Position numbers and translations under genes: made by a program. Of a stretch of DNA of 64,000 nt, positions 14,096 through 26,428 are shown one piece after another; within the stretch, counting starts at the first letter, position 1; the number at the start of each line of letters is the position of its first letter. Source of the DNA: Octopus vulgaris. Its lineage: Eukaryota. Location of the stretch: positions 49,600,001 to 49,664,000 of the forward strand of contig OX597815.1 in assembly GCA_951406725.2 (NCBI GenBank), given 5' to 3'. The notes under the pieces were generated by a model, which did not search any database, had not been told where the DNA came from, and was given only the letters and a program-made list of their open reading frames with translations.

Positions 14096-14620
14096 GTGAA
14101 GGAACACAAAGGGGAATATACTGCAAAGACAAGCAGTATCAAATCGCAAGAGGAAATAGTTCCAACAGCAACACAACAGGTAAAGCAAAGATGGTTAGAT
14201 TACACCAAGAAACTGTATGAAAGTGATCCTGTGGTTGCTATGGTTGACACAGATTTAGGGCATGGGAAAGAACTGAACCACTGAGAAATGAGGTAGAAAG
14301 TGGCCTGGAAAAGATTAAAAAAAAGAACAGGAAAGCACTAGATCAACATGCAGTGCTAACTGAACTGATCAAGGATGCAAAAGACAGTACCTTAGTAATA
14401 CTCTGCAAACTGTGCTATAAAATCTGGAGAGAAAAGAAGAGGCTGTCAGATTGGTGCTCAACAAAATATGTACCTATACACAAGGAGGGAAACCTACTTA
14501 TATGTGAGAATTAAAGAAGAATCACTCTCATACCACATGCAAGTAATGTACTTTTGGTCATCACCCTCAAACCATCTCTCAAACAAGAAATAGCTAAAGA
14601 ACTGGCTTGATTTAGGAGCA
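14096..14620 (+). pseudogene. Decayed RTE-clade LINE ORF2 fragment (pre-RT and start of RT)
   Basis: Translates with breaks to VKQRWLDYTKKLYE...ELIKDAKDSTLVILCKLCYKIWRE...DWCSTKYVPIHKEGNLLICEN*RRITLIPHASNVLL, matching the RTE pattern W...VP(I/L)xKKG..xxCxNYRxI(S/T)LxxHASK. Confidence 0.8.
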
Positions 14621-14874
14621 TACATCGGAGGGAATCGATGTCAATGAACTAAAATAATATTTAGACATTCCACTGCTGTATAAAATCTTGAATGAATTTG
14701 CATTGCAGAAAAAAAAAAACAAAAACAGAGGCTATGAGACAAATGGCACTAAGCTTCTCTCTTATACATAAAGTCTCAAACTCAGAATAACATCTACTGC
14801 AATATTGATGGTAGTACTGTCCAGCATAGCACTGTTCTCTTGCTAAAACTAGAGCAAAAGTAATAGGAGCACTC

Positions 14875-15190
14875 TATTGGTTATGACGACGAGGGTCCCA
14901 GCTGATACAATCAACGGAAGAGCTTGCTCATGAAATTAACGTGCAAGTGACTGAGCAATCCACAGACACATGTACCCCTAACGTAGTTCTCAGGGAGATT
15001 CAGCATGACACAGAGTGTGAGAAGGTCGGCCCTTTGAAATACAGGTACAACTCATTTTTGCCAGCTGATTGAACTGGAGCAACATGAAATAAAGTGTCTT
15101 GCTCATGGACACAATACGTTGCCGGGAACAGAAATCACGACCTTACAATCGTGAGTTGAATGCTCTAACCACTAAGCCATGCGCCTTCAC
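14875..15190 (-). mobile_element. tRNA-derived SINE family E
   Basis: Reverse strand starts GAAGGCGCATGGCTTAGTGGTTAG (A-box); body shared with 24122, 35719 and 44815. Confidence 0.8.
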
Positions 15191-15339
15191 ACTGGGCAAA
15201 AGTAAATATGCATAATAATATATGATATACACACACGCACGCACGTGTGTGTGTGTGAGAGTGTCCGTGTGTGAGTACATGTGTGTTGTGTTTGTATGTG
15301 TGTTTATACACAACCTTTTTCTGACATAAAATAAAAATA

Positions 15340-15906
15340 AGAGAAGCCATGACAATATGGCCAGGCTTGTCCATTGGACACTTTGCAACAAGTATGGACT
15401 TGACCGAGCAAAAAATTGGTACGACCACAAACCTGAAGGCATTGTTGAATATAGAAATGCAAAGGTCCTATGGGATTTTATGATTCAGTGCATCCATGAG
15501 ATTGAGAATAGGAAGCTGGACATAGTCTTAATTGCGAAAGAAAACAAACTATGCTGGATCATAGACATAGCATGCCCAGCTCACAACAAGGTATGCAATA
15601 AGGAAGAAAGTAAAGTCAAGAGATATGACAGGTTAGCTTGGGAAGTTAAGCAGTTGTGTTCGATGAAAAAGGTAGTAGTAGTATCGATAATTGTCAAAGC
15701 CTAGGGAACAGTGAGCAAAAATCTCGAGAAGTACGTGGAACAAATAGGGGCTGAAATAAGGGTGGAGCACTTACAGAAAACAGCACTGCTTGGAACCACT
15801 CGAATACTTTGGAAGGTGCTCAAAAAATAAGAGGTGTTACCTTAGTTCACTGGTAGTGAACAGCTGACACTGTAGTACACCTCCAGCGTTAGAAGCTGTG
15901 CAAAGG

Positions 15907-15907
<1 letters not shown>
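15340..15907 (+). mobile_element. 5'-truncated R4/Dong-clade non-LTR retrotransposon (restriction-like endonuclease domain and 3'UTR)
   Basis: SHDNMARLVHWTLC...WYDHKPE...KVLWDFMIQC...NRKLDIV...IIDIACP...EESKVKRYDRLAWE...A*GTVSKNL...LQKTALLGTTRILWKVLKK*; one premature TAG at 15702; ends in (AAC)n(AAT)n. Confidence 0.85.
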
Positions 15908-15937
<30 letters not shown>

Positions 15938-15947
15938 AATAATAATA

Positions 15948-16095
15948 ACATTGAAAAATAGCTTAGGAATGAGAACCCAGGTTTGAAATTTCCCCAAGAC
16001 ATCTGATGAAGGCTGGAGGGTATATCAGCTGAAACATTGTGTTAATAACAAACAAGATGAAGACAAATATCCGTCAAATGTAAATAATGTAAATA
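15948..16095 (+). mobile_element. Tail of composite SINE G, containing a hammerhead-like motif
   Basis: Closely similar to 41139-41290; CTGATGA-A-GGCTG/CAGCT-GAAA core. Confidence 0.7.
15998..16043 (+). ncRNA. Minimal type I hammerhead-ribozyme-like motif (degenerate)
   Basis: Stem I GACAT/GTGTT, core CTGATGA (16003-16009), stem II GGCTG/CAGCT, GAAA (16031-16034); stem III reads CATT and is imperfect. Confidence 0.55.
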
Positions 16096-16292
16096 TTGAA
16101 AGGTTCAAATTCTTGAAGTGAGTACTAGTAGACAAATAATTGATACAAATGAAGATTAAATGTAACATATTAGGAAAATTGCATAAATTGGCAATCAAAA
16201 GTGTAAATATCATCCAATGATTAGGAGTAAACTACCCAGAGGGCACTCTTTCTGCTAGCTTTATAAAATGTTGAAGATTATTTTTTTTAAGA

Positions 16293-16673
16293 TAGGCACT
16301 GGAGTGGCTGTGTGGTAAGAAGCTTACTTCCCAACCACATGGATCTGGGTTCAGTCACACTGTGTGACACCTTAAGTAAGCGTCTTCTACTGGAGCCTCA
16401 GGCTGACCGAAGCATTATAAGTGGATTTGTAGATGGAAACTGAAAGAAGCCCATCATATGTGTGTGTGCATGTGTCTGTGTTTGCCCCCCAACTATTGCT
16501 TGACAACCTATGTTGGTGTGTTTACATCCTTCAAACTTAGCAATTCAGCAATGAAACTGACCGAATAAGTACTAGGCTTACAAAACATAAGTCCTGGGGT
16601 TGATTTGTTTGACTAAAGGTGGTGCTCCAGCATGGCTGCAGTCAAGTGACTGAAACAAGTAAAAGAGTAAAAG
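16293..16673 (+). mobile_element. SINE family A, full length
   Basis: Head GGCACTGGAGTGGCTGTGTGGTAAG through tail GAAACAAGTAAAAGAG. Confidence 0.85.
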
Positions 16674-17583
16674 TGTCGGACATGATTTGATGGAAATTTG
16701 GCTGCTGCTTCTAGCAGATTGAGTGACTTTGTAGGTGCTTTCTCGTTTGTACATATTTGTGTGGAAGGTTTTTCCAGTGGGTTAGAATTTTGTGGAGGAA
16801 GGATTGAATAAAATGTTCACAACATAGAGGTGTAATGTGAGACAACAGGAACAGAAGGAAGAGGAGGAGACAGATGAGGTGGCATAGAAGTGGTGGGTAC
16901 ATCAAATGGGGTAAGTTTGGGGAGGATGTTAACATTGTTTATTAATTCAAAGTATCAAAGACAATTGTAATAATGCTAGGAGAGAAAGAAGGAGAAGAAA
17001 GCAGGGGAAGAGAGTGACAGAGGAGAGAGATTACATGACATCATATTGGTACACTAACTGTTGTAGTAAGCTGTGTGAATGTGTGCCTAACTATCAGTCA
17101 TATAGATATCAATCTACTGGAAAACATGAGGAAAATAACTTTTATGAGACAATCATTATTATTATTCGATATTTTTTTTCAAAGTTCATTTAAAAATCTA
17201 TAAAATAACACTTTATGTAAGATATACTTGAAAGTGAGTATATTGTTCAAATAAGACAATTGAATAGAAATATTGCATCAAATGTAATTTCTTTCAATGT
17301 CTTAGAAATATTAAACATTACTTTAGGTATTTTTTTTTCCCATTTTTATTCTTTATTTTCCTCTTGGTTGTGAAGTAAAAATGACTGATATTTGGCATAA
17401 ACTTTAACAAAAGATAAATCAAGACAATTTCAGAAGGACAGACAAGTTTATGTTGTTGCTGCTTGGCCCAAATTAATGTCTCCTCTAGCAGATTTATCAT
17501 CAACAGCATTCCTGCCATGACCATCTCATCATTTTTACATGATTTAGGAAATACATTATCTAATGTATCTGATTCTTTTTTTT

Positions 17584-18160
17584 TTAAACCCTATAGCATT
17601 CAGATTATTCTGTCAAATGCAATACTTGTTTATTCACATTGTTTTGAATTAATCATGCATTATCTCATAGCTTTGCAATTTTGGTAGTAATCATTAATTT
17701 GTGAAGGCGCATGGCTCAGTGGTTAGAGTGTCAAGTTTACAATCGTGAGGTTGTGAGTTTGAATTCCGGACTGGGCTATGTGCTGTGTTCTTGAGCAAGA
17801 CACTTTATTTCACGTTGCTCCAGTTCACTCAGCTGTAGAAATGAGTTGCGACATCACAGGCACCAAGCTGTATCTGCAGTTGCCTTTCCCTTGGATAACA
17901 CTGGTGGCGTGGAGAGTGGAGGCTGGTGTGCATGGGCGACTGCTGTTCTTCCATAAACAACCTTGCCCGGACTTGTGCCTGGGAGGGTGGCCTTCTGGGT
18001 GCAGTCCCATGGTCAGTCATGACTGAAGGGGGTCTCAGCAATCATTAATTTCTAAAATGACATTGTAGGCTAGGTGTGAGTGACTGGAGCTGGCTGGTTT
18101 GAACCTAAAATAAGTTAAATATTTTAGCTGGATATGGCTGGTTTAAATGCCAAAGGGTTA
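17584..18160. mobile_element. Second TTAA-flanked piggyBac-type MITE family, interrupted by SINE D
   Basis: TTAAACCCTATAGCATT...AATGCCAAAGGGTTAA; a homologous copy in reverse orientation lies at 56289-56515. Confidence 0.65.
17701..18039 (+). mobile_element. tRNA-derived SINE family D, full length, with 12-bp TSD
   Basis: A-box TGGCTCAGTGG, B-box-like GAGTTTGAATTCC; AATCATTAATTT duplicated at 17689-17700 and 18040-18051. Confidence 0.9.
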
Positions 18161-18510
18161 AAGACAGGTGAGTGTGATTTTAGGGAGATTTTGCTGCTAT
18201 TTCCAGACAGTAGGACAATCATACAGAATCTTCTAAGTTGACTTGAAAGGTAGCAATTTAACCCTTTTATATCAACCCCCACCAAGACCATCCCTGCTTT
18301 TATGATACAAAAAGGACGTTCAGATGGTCCTTTTTACATGCCACCAGCACAGGGAGCCAGTCAGAACTGGCAATGTCCCATGCATGAATGGTGCTTATTG
18401 TGTGCCACCAGTATGAGAGCCAGTCAGGTGGCACTGGCATTGGCCACAACTACAATTTCTATTTGATTGTGATTTGAGTTTCAATTTTGATTTTTAAAAT
18501 TTTGATTTTG

Positions 18511-18515
18511 ATATA

Positions 18516-18567
<52 letters not shown>

Positions 18568-18570
18568 CAC

Positions 18571-18603
<33 letters not shown>

Positions 18604-18752
18604 TATATACATATATATACATATATATACATATATATATACATATATATACATATATATATACATATATATACATATATATACACATATATATACATAT
18701 ATATACATATATATACATATATATATATACACATATATATACATATGTATAT

Positions 18753-18804
<52 letters not shown>
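18511..18804. repeat. (TA)n/(TATAC) compound microsatellite
   Basis: Seen directly. Confidence 0.95.
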
Positions 18805-18959
18805 CACCTTGTATGTAGGCCTCATTTCTCTCTTTCTCTCTCTTTTTCTATCTCTTTCCAGATGATGCTTATTTCATGCCACCAGCATAAGAACCAGTCA
18901 GATGGGGAAGCCAGACATTCATCTCTTCAACAAGATGCTTGCTCTTGTCCTTCTATCAT

Positions 18960-19687
18960 ATTTACATATACCTCAATACTTGTAATCACTGAGTTGAAAA
19001 ACGGCCTTTTCTTGCAAGTTACTTGGTGGCTTCACAAGTGCTGGTGCCATGGAAAAAGCACCCAGCACATTCTGTGAAATGGCTGGCACTAGAAAGGGCA
19101 CCCAGCTGTAGAAACCCTGCAAAAGTAGATACTAGTGCTCAGTACAAGCTTCTCTAGCTTGTTAGTTCATGTCAAATTGTCCAACCCATTTTAGTATGGA
19201 AAAAGGACATTAAATGATGATGATGATGATGATGATGATGATATATAATTATACATATATGTGTGGTAAGAAGTTTGTTTCCCAACCATGTGGTTCTGGG
19301 TTCAATCATGCTGCATGGCACCTTGGGCAAGTGTCCTCTACTATAGCATCCGGTCAACCAAAGCCTTGTGAGTGGATTTGGTAGATGGAATCTAAGAGAA
19401 GGCTGTCGTATATGTGAGTGTGTGTGTGTGTTAGTGTGTGTATGTATCTTTGTGTCTGTTTGTCCCACCACCAACACTACTTGACGACTGGTGTTGGTAT
19501 GTTTACATCCCCATAACTTAGCAGTTCAGCAAAAGAGACCAAAAGAATAAGTACCAGGCTTAAAAACAAAAAAATAAAGTAAGTACTAGGGTTGATCAGT
19601 TCAACGAAAACTCCTTGGGGTAGTGCCCCAGTATGACCACAGTCTAATGACTGAAACAAGCAAAAGATTAAAGTAAGAGATAAAGAA
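18960..19687 (+). mobile_element. SINE B (to ~19241) followed by SINE A (19259-19687)
   Basis: Family motifs as in the other copies. Confidence 0.75.
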
Positions 19688-20065
19688 ATATGCACACACA
19701 CACACACACACATACACACACAAACACACACACACAAACTCAAAAACACATACACGCACAAGAAAACCGTTTTATACATGCAAAGATTTGATTTATTAAA
19801 TTCAAGAATTTTCCAACTTGAAACCCACCAAACCCACAACACTTCAACTTTGCAAAAAGATCTTGTTTCTTTTTGTCTTTAGAAAAGGGTCAAACTTGAC
19901 TTGTATTTGTTTACTCTCACCAGATCACTTCAATGACACAAACAAACCAATTTATCATATTCACTATTCTTCTGTAAAATTCTCTAAAAATATGACATGT
20001 TAATAACCAGCTGAGACATCTGGCTTCAGTTAAGCAGAATAACAGTAAAATAACAATGAATACAT

Positions 20066-20111
<46 letters not shown>

Positions 20112-20737
20112 TTTTACTTCTCTCATCACTATAAAGAAAGACATAAATGAGGAAAAAGAGAGCTTTAATAAATTGTTCAAGTTTCAGTAAAATGATATGA
20201 CTTGAATCTTATTTCTAGTGTATTGTCAGCATCAACTAATTGGTTAGTCATTTTCTACCAGGAAACTGTAGAGGTAAGTTAAATCTTAGATTACAGCACG
20301 AAAGTAATTTTGGTTGGGTCTAACCTATTAGACATCATAACAAAAAAAAAAAAATTAACATTTAATACAAATTAAACAACACTGATGTTTAGAACCATTA
20401 ATCAGTTTTGGGGTTGATTAGTGACACAGCACTGAATGACCATGGGAGGAAGAATTCTGAAGCAACAAGACACTTATTCTCAGACTTGAAAATTATATGC
20501 AGGATTAGATGCCTGGGTAGTCTGTGTTCTCTTTGGGGTATAATTAATTATAAATTACAATACTGGCAGCAACCAAAGCATAAAAAAACAAAAATAAGGA
20601 TTTTCTTTTTTGTAGACTCAGAGCTGTTTCCCCATGAGGTCTGTGTGATATACCACATGTCTCATAAATCTGTGAAACTTTCAAAAATCAAAAAACACTT
20701 AAATGCCACATAAGATATGAAATATCTTGTAATATAG

Positions 20738-20922
20738 ATTTCAAATTTTGGCACACAGCCAACAGTGTTGGGTGGGTGAGTAAGTTGATTACATCAACCG
20801 CAATGAAAGGATGAAAGGTAAAGTTAACCTCAGCGGAATTTGAACTCAGAATGTGAAGACGGACAAAATGCCCCTAAACATTTTGACTGGTGTGCTAAAG
20901 ATTCTGTCTGCCCACTGCCTTT
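20738..20922 (-). mobile_element. SINE C with an internal deletion
   Basis: Lacks the CTGGTACTTATTTTATCGACCC segment present in the other C copies. Confidence 0.8.
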
Positions 20923-21559
20923 GATATCTTCTAATATAGCTTTGTATATTCATCTTCTCTATACAAAGGCAGTCATTTAATCATTGATAAATATTTGTTA
21001 CAATGGCAGCTAGCATCAGATTTATGGTTAGATATGAAAGAGAAAATTGTGAGATTAATCACTTTGTCAAGAGTATTAATAACATATCTGGAAATGTACA
21101 ATAAAGATTCAAATCTGGGTGGCAAATTTAGTCCATAAAGAGCTTACTATTGAAAAAAATGGCTCAGTCTTATAAAGTAAAAATATAGAATCGTTTGATA
21201 TTTCTGCATCTCTGAAGAAACATGAGCAATATAAATGAACTTGAGGTAAGGTATGAAAAATTAGTTGAAGAACTTAGCTGTCTCAGAACAATGGTTCACA
21301 TCCATGGTCCATATGTCCCTTGGGGGTCCATATAAGGTTTTGTCATTAAAATTTATCTATTGGCAATAAATTGCTACAATATACAAAATATTTTAACAAT
21401 CTTTTTTTACAATTGCTAATAGTATTTCATTATAAAAGTATGAGGATTTTTTTAAACACGGAACATTTTTGAACTTTGCTTTTCATACTCCATACGTTCT
21501 TACTTTGCCTTTCTTTCTCCCTTTCTTCTTATTTCCATTTTAAATCTAGAAGTTTTTTA

Positions 21560-21718
21560 ATTCTCTCTCTGTTTATTTTCTCTTATTCCTTTCTGTTGAA
21601 GATCATAAGCTCGAAACATAAAAAGCTTTCTCACATTCCTGAGCATCAAACTAATACGCCGTTTTGTTGTTCATACACCTGTCTTCATCTTTTCATCGTT
21701 TGTTTTTCTGTAAATTTC

Positions 21719-21720
<2 letters not shown>
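21560..21720 (+). mobile_element. Penelope-like terminal repeat fragment with a variant hammerhead-like motif
   Basis: CTTT-CTGTTGA-A-GATC-ATAA-GCTC-GAAACATA-AAAAG; homologous reverse copy at 44560-44710. Confidence 0.5.
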
Positions 21721-21766
<46 letters not shown>

Positions 21767-21774
21767 TTGTGCGT

Positions 21775-22084
21775 GGAGGCGCAATGGTCCAGTGGTTAGG
21801 GCAGCGGACTCATGGTTGTAGAATCCCGGTTTCGATTCCCAGACCAGGCGTTGTGAGAGTTTATTGAACGAAAACACCTAAAGCTCCACGAGGCTTCGGA
21901 AGGGAGTGGTGGCAATCCCTGCTGTACTCTTTCGCCACAACTTTCTCTCACTCTTTCTTCTGTTGGCCTGCTCGTTTAGCCAGCAGGGTGGCGTCATTTG
22001 AAGGCTAAAACAATGCGAAGCACATTGTGACCAGCAATGTGTAGCAACATCTGATAGCCTGGTCGGTCATGGTGATCACGGTGA
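21775..22084 (+). mobile_element. tRNA-derived SINE family F
   Basis: GGAGGCGCAATGGTCCAGTGGTTAGG (A-box), GGTTTCGATTCCC (B-box), CpG-retaining body, flanked by microsatellites. Confidence 0.8.
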
Positions 22085-22307
22085 TATATATATATATATA
22101 TATTACAAGTATGGAGATGCAGACAGGGAAAATAGAACTTACAATACATGTATATTTTCATTAATATTTGACTGAGGGAACAAAGTGATTCAGGGGCTGA
22201 AAGTTTGTGTTTGATGAGTGCCAATGCATGAAACACTTGGCCCTTGAATCATTCTGTTGCTTTTGCTAAATATTAAATATATATAGAGAGAGAGAGGGAG
22301 GAAAAAC

Positions 22308-22630
22308 AACATTTGAGCGAGGTCCAAAGCAACATTCAAGCGAGGTCGTTGCCAATGCCGCTGGACTGGCTTTTGTGCAGGTGGCACATAAAAAACACCA
22401 TTTGAGTGTGCCATTGCCAGTACCGCCTGACTGGCCCTCGTGCCGGTGGCATATAAAAGCACCTACTACACTCTCGGAGTGGTTGGCATTAGGAAGGGAA
22501 ACCAGCTCTAGAAACTCTGCCAGATCAGATTGGAGCCTGGTGCAGCCATCTGGCTCGCCAGTCCTCAGTCAAACCATTCAACCCATGCCAGTATGGAAAG
22601 CGGACGTTAAACGATGATGATGATAATGAT
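22308..22630 (+). mobile_element. SINE family B
   Basis: As 1696-2096. Confidence 0.8.
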
Positions 22631-23158
22631 AAATGGCTAGGATGGTACATCCAAGTAAAATAGGAATTATAGGGTCCACAAGCAAAAAATGGTCGAAAAC
22701 CACTGCCTTAGATCATACCACATAACCCCAAGCAATTTAGTTATGAAAGAAACAACCGTGATTATAATTACTTACATATTGAAGAAGCCACAAATCTTTA
22801 ATTGAGGAGTGTGAACAGATGTAGAGTAAACTTCCAAAATAACAGCATCCAGTGTAACAGAATCTAAGCCAATAGCAGTTTTGAAAATTATTAGCATGTA
22901 GCCATTACTTAGCATGAGAAGGGCAGTGGGTTTGCTGGATCATTAGAGTATCAGAGAAAATGCTTTTTGTGTTTGCTTCAGCTTTTTCTGAGTTCAAATC
23001 CCATTGAGTTCGTCTTTGCCTTTTATCCTTCTGGAGTTCCATTTGATCTGATCAACAGAACAGCCTGCTCATGAAATTAACATGCAAGTAGCTGAGCACT
23101 CCACAGACACATGTACCCTTAATGTACCATTCTCTAACTCTTGTGTATATAAATATAT

Positions 23159-23218
<60 letters not shown>

Positions 23219-23220
<2 letters not shown>

Positions 23221-23597
23221 CTTGACTTGTGGCGATATTCACCCTGGGTGGGTTGAGTTGGCTTCTTCTACTCATGGAAGAAGTTTCGTGGGAATATGTG
23301 GATTTCACAAGCGGTCCCCAACAATCCCGCATGTAGAGACATCCTGTTTGCCGCAGATTGTCCGCAGACGCAGGGACAGAACAATCGAGGAGCCACCGGT
23401 TGCTGAAGCAGACACTCTGATGATTTTCACCAGAGCCCCGTCTGCTGAGTTGTGGCCCTAATACCACTCGGTGTCAGACCAATCCACCTTGAGTGGCCCT
23501 ACCAGGAACCGAAGTTCCCAACGGCATAGCTCTGACACTACCCGTTGCCAGCGTCCCCACCATGGTGAGGAAGGGATGGACTTTGGGGACGCAAAGT
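23219..23597 (-). mobile_element. Short non-autonomous RTE-derived retroelement inserted in (TA)n
   Basis: Reverse strand has RTE-5'UTR-like GAGCTATGCCG...GGTAGGGCCACTCAAGGTGGATTGGTC and ends CAAGTCAAGTC; GC-rich island between TA tracts. Confidence 0.6.
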
Positions 23598-24121
23598 TAT
23601 ATATATATATATATAACTAATTTAGAGATGCACCACCATTCCACAACTCAGTCAATGAAGAACCCATCCAAAACCATGCTGTGAGACATATACCATACCA
23701 AATACTAATCTAAAATTTTAATAATATATAATATTGAACAGTAAGATTATTACAATCATATAATGTATGATTGACTGAGTGAGTAAGTTGATTAAATCAA
23801 CCCCAATGAAAGGATGAAAGGTAAAGTCAACCCCAGTGGAATTTGAACTCAGAATGTGAAGACGGAAAAAATACCGCTAAACATTTTGTCTGGTGTGCTA
23901 AAGATTCTGCCTGCCCACTGCCTTTGATATCTTTGAAGCAAGCACAATATTGACAGAGTTGTGGAATGGTGATTCGTCTCTAAATTAGTTATATACATAT
24001 ATCATATTTATATTATGAAATTCAATCTAATATTATTATACTGAATTACCTGTAAGGTTGGAATAATAATTTATTCCCTAATATTATTATTATGATATAT
24101 ATATATATATATAAAACAAAA

Positions 24122-24428
24122 ACCAGCCCTCTGTCAGTTACAATAATGAGGGCTCCAGTTGAGTGGATCAATGGTCAGCCTGCTCATAAAATTAACATGT
24201 AAGTGGCCGAGCATTCTACAGACACAAGAATCCTTGACGTAGTTCTCAGGGAAATTCAGTGTGACACAGAATGTGACAAGGCTGGCCCTTTGAAATACGG
24301 GTACAACTCATTTTTGCCAGCTGAGTGGACTGGAGCAATGTGAAATAAAGTATTTTGCCCAAGGACACATTGTGCTGCCAGGAATTGAACTCAAGCATTT
24401 ACAATCGTGAGTCAAATATATTAACCAT
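24122..24428 (-). mobile_element. SINE family E
   Basis: As 14875-15190. Confidence 0.8.
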
Positions 24429-25577
24429 TATTTAACACTAGAAGCTTAACAATTATTGTGAATCTTTCTTTTGCTCACTATTTTTATTTTCATTCAATAA
24501 ATGCTTTCTATTTTATTTTAAAATTTTAATTTTAACAAAGTTTAACAAAGTTTTCTTGCCCAAATTACATACTGTGCATTTAGTGACCAACGAAGCACTA
24601 TTCTTAATAAGGTATCTTGAGGGTTGTGGGTTGGTAGAATTGTTAGAGTATCAGAAAGTATATCATGCAATATTTATTCTTGATCTTTACTTTCTGGTTT
24701 CAAATCCTACAGAAGTCAACCATCCCCCCACAGAAATCAATGAAACAAAGAACCAGTCTATCACAGCTATCAATGTACTGGCTTTGTGTTTAAATTAGGA
24801 ACCATCATTATTTTTTTCACTGCTTTTGCAGATAGCCATGACTCTCTGTCACCATCCAATTCCATTATTATGAATTTGAATTGGGAGCTTGAGTCAAAGT
24901 AATTCTTTCATTACCTGATTACTCAACCACAGGTGCCATCCCTATGAATGCATTACAGTTACTCTCTTGAGAGAGCTTGGTGATCCCCAAGGATTCCTCC
25001 ACTCAGCATCAGTGTAAGAAGCAACATTGGCTCAGTTGAGCTTTTCCACTGTCTCTTCACAATCGATCATGCTGCAGTCCCATGATGCTATGCTACCATA
25101 TCACAAGCAGGGTGGCTGAACAGGTGCCATGCCTTGCCAAAAGGAAGCCTGTAACTATGTCGGGCACAGTCATCACTATGTGAGGTATTTTCAAAATATT
25201 TGTATACCTGTTAATCCTTTGTATATATTATTTATTTCATAAATCCATTTAAAAAATAAACTTTCTAGAAAATAGAAAAATTCACAATAACAGTATTTCA
25301 AACTCTTGTGGTTGCCTTTGTTCAAAACGAATACTGTGTTGGTCATAGTTAATGATTCTGTATTTATTTTATAAACCATATAGAAGGGAAAATTAAAATG
25401 AATTATGAATAAATTCGAGCTCAAAGCATAGAAGGATTCATCAAGCTGAAAAACACTGTCAACATTTAAACTAATATTTTTCTACTTCTGTAACTACAAC
25501 AATAACAATAAAAATGACAGCTAAGAACAGTAACAAAGACACACACACATACACACAGAAACACATAAACGTATATA

Positions 25578-25780
25578 TCTATAATAATAAACACAAAATT
25601 CTGTCTGTGTGTCCATCCGGTATTCCTGTATCTCAGTCTACATTTGCTCCACATAGACATATTATACCTTTTTGGAATCAGGATGATCCCGGGATTGAAT
25701 ATTTATCCTTCATTCAGTTCTTGAACATCCATCATTGGGACCAGGTCTGGATGAAGATTTGTTATATGCTAACAGTTGAA
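25578..25780 (+). mobile_element. Possible Helitron 5' terminus
   Basis: A|TCTATAATAATAAACACAAAATTCTGTCTGTGTGTCC resembles animal non-autonomous Helitron 5' ends; no 3' hairpin plus CTAG found. Confidence 0.35.
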
Positions 25781-25974
25781 AATTCAAATTTTAAAAGAAT
25801 TCCAAAAATTTGTGAACTAACAAGTTTTTCATTTAAACTGAATTTAAAGCAATACCATATTGGTAGGGTACCAATAAATGCTTTATTACTATTGCACTCT
25901 TAAGTTTTCGGCCAAGGCCCAATTAGCTCTCCACAGGAGCTAACATAAAAGTCAACACAGAGTGCAGCTTTTAA

Positions 25975-26194
25975 CCCTTTCGTTATCAACCCAGTTGAAA
26001 CCGGTTCTGGATCTGAGTACAAATGTCTTGTTTCCATAAGTTTTGAATTAAAATCTTCTACCAAACCTTAGTCACAATTTAGGTTCCTAACACTAGCTGA
26101 ATGATAACTAAGTTATTTTGATAAATTTTTTGTTATATCTAAAATAATTGAAAGAAACACAGAGCATCTCAAAATAAATACAGTAATGAAAGGG
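25975..26194. mobile_element. Intact 220-bp piggyBac-type MITE
   Basis: TTAA at 25971-25974 and 26195-26198; termini CCCTTTCGTTA and TAATGAAAGGG (10/11 complementary). Confidence 0.85.
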
Positions 26195-26221
26195 TTAAGC
26201 CAATGAATATATAAGTGTATA

Positions 26222-26428
26222 TTGGTTTCAAATTTTGGCACAAGACCAGCAAGGGAAGTGGGGGGATAAATCACTTACATCAATCCCAGTGCGCAACTGG
26301 TACTTATTTTATTGACCCTGAAAAGATGAAAGGCAAAGTTAACCTCAGCAGAATTTGAACTCAGAAAATAAGGGCAGATGAAATGTTGTGAAGCATTTTG
26401 CTCTGTTAAAGATTCTGCTACCTTGCTG
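26222..26428 (-). mobile_element. SINE family C
   Basis: Family motifs. Confidence 0.8.

Larger units (their letters stand above)
21288..22706. mobile_element. hAT-like MITE split by later insertions
   Basis: Left end CAATGGTTC...GGGGGTCCAT (cf. 57955) and right end GGGTCCAC...AAAAAATGGTCGAAAACCACTG (cf. 54530-54563). Confidence 0.45.
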
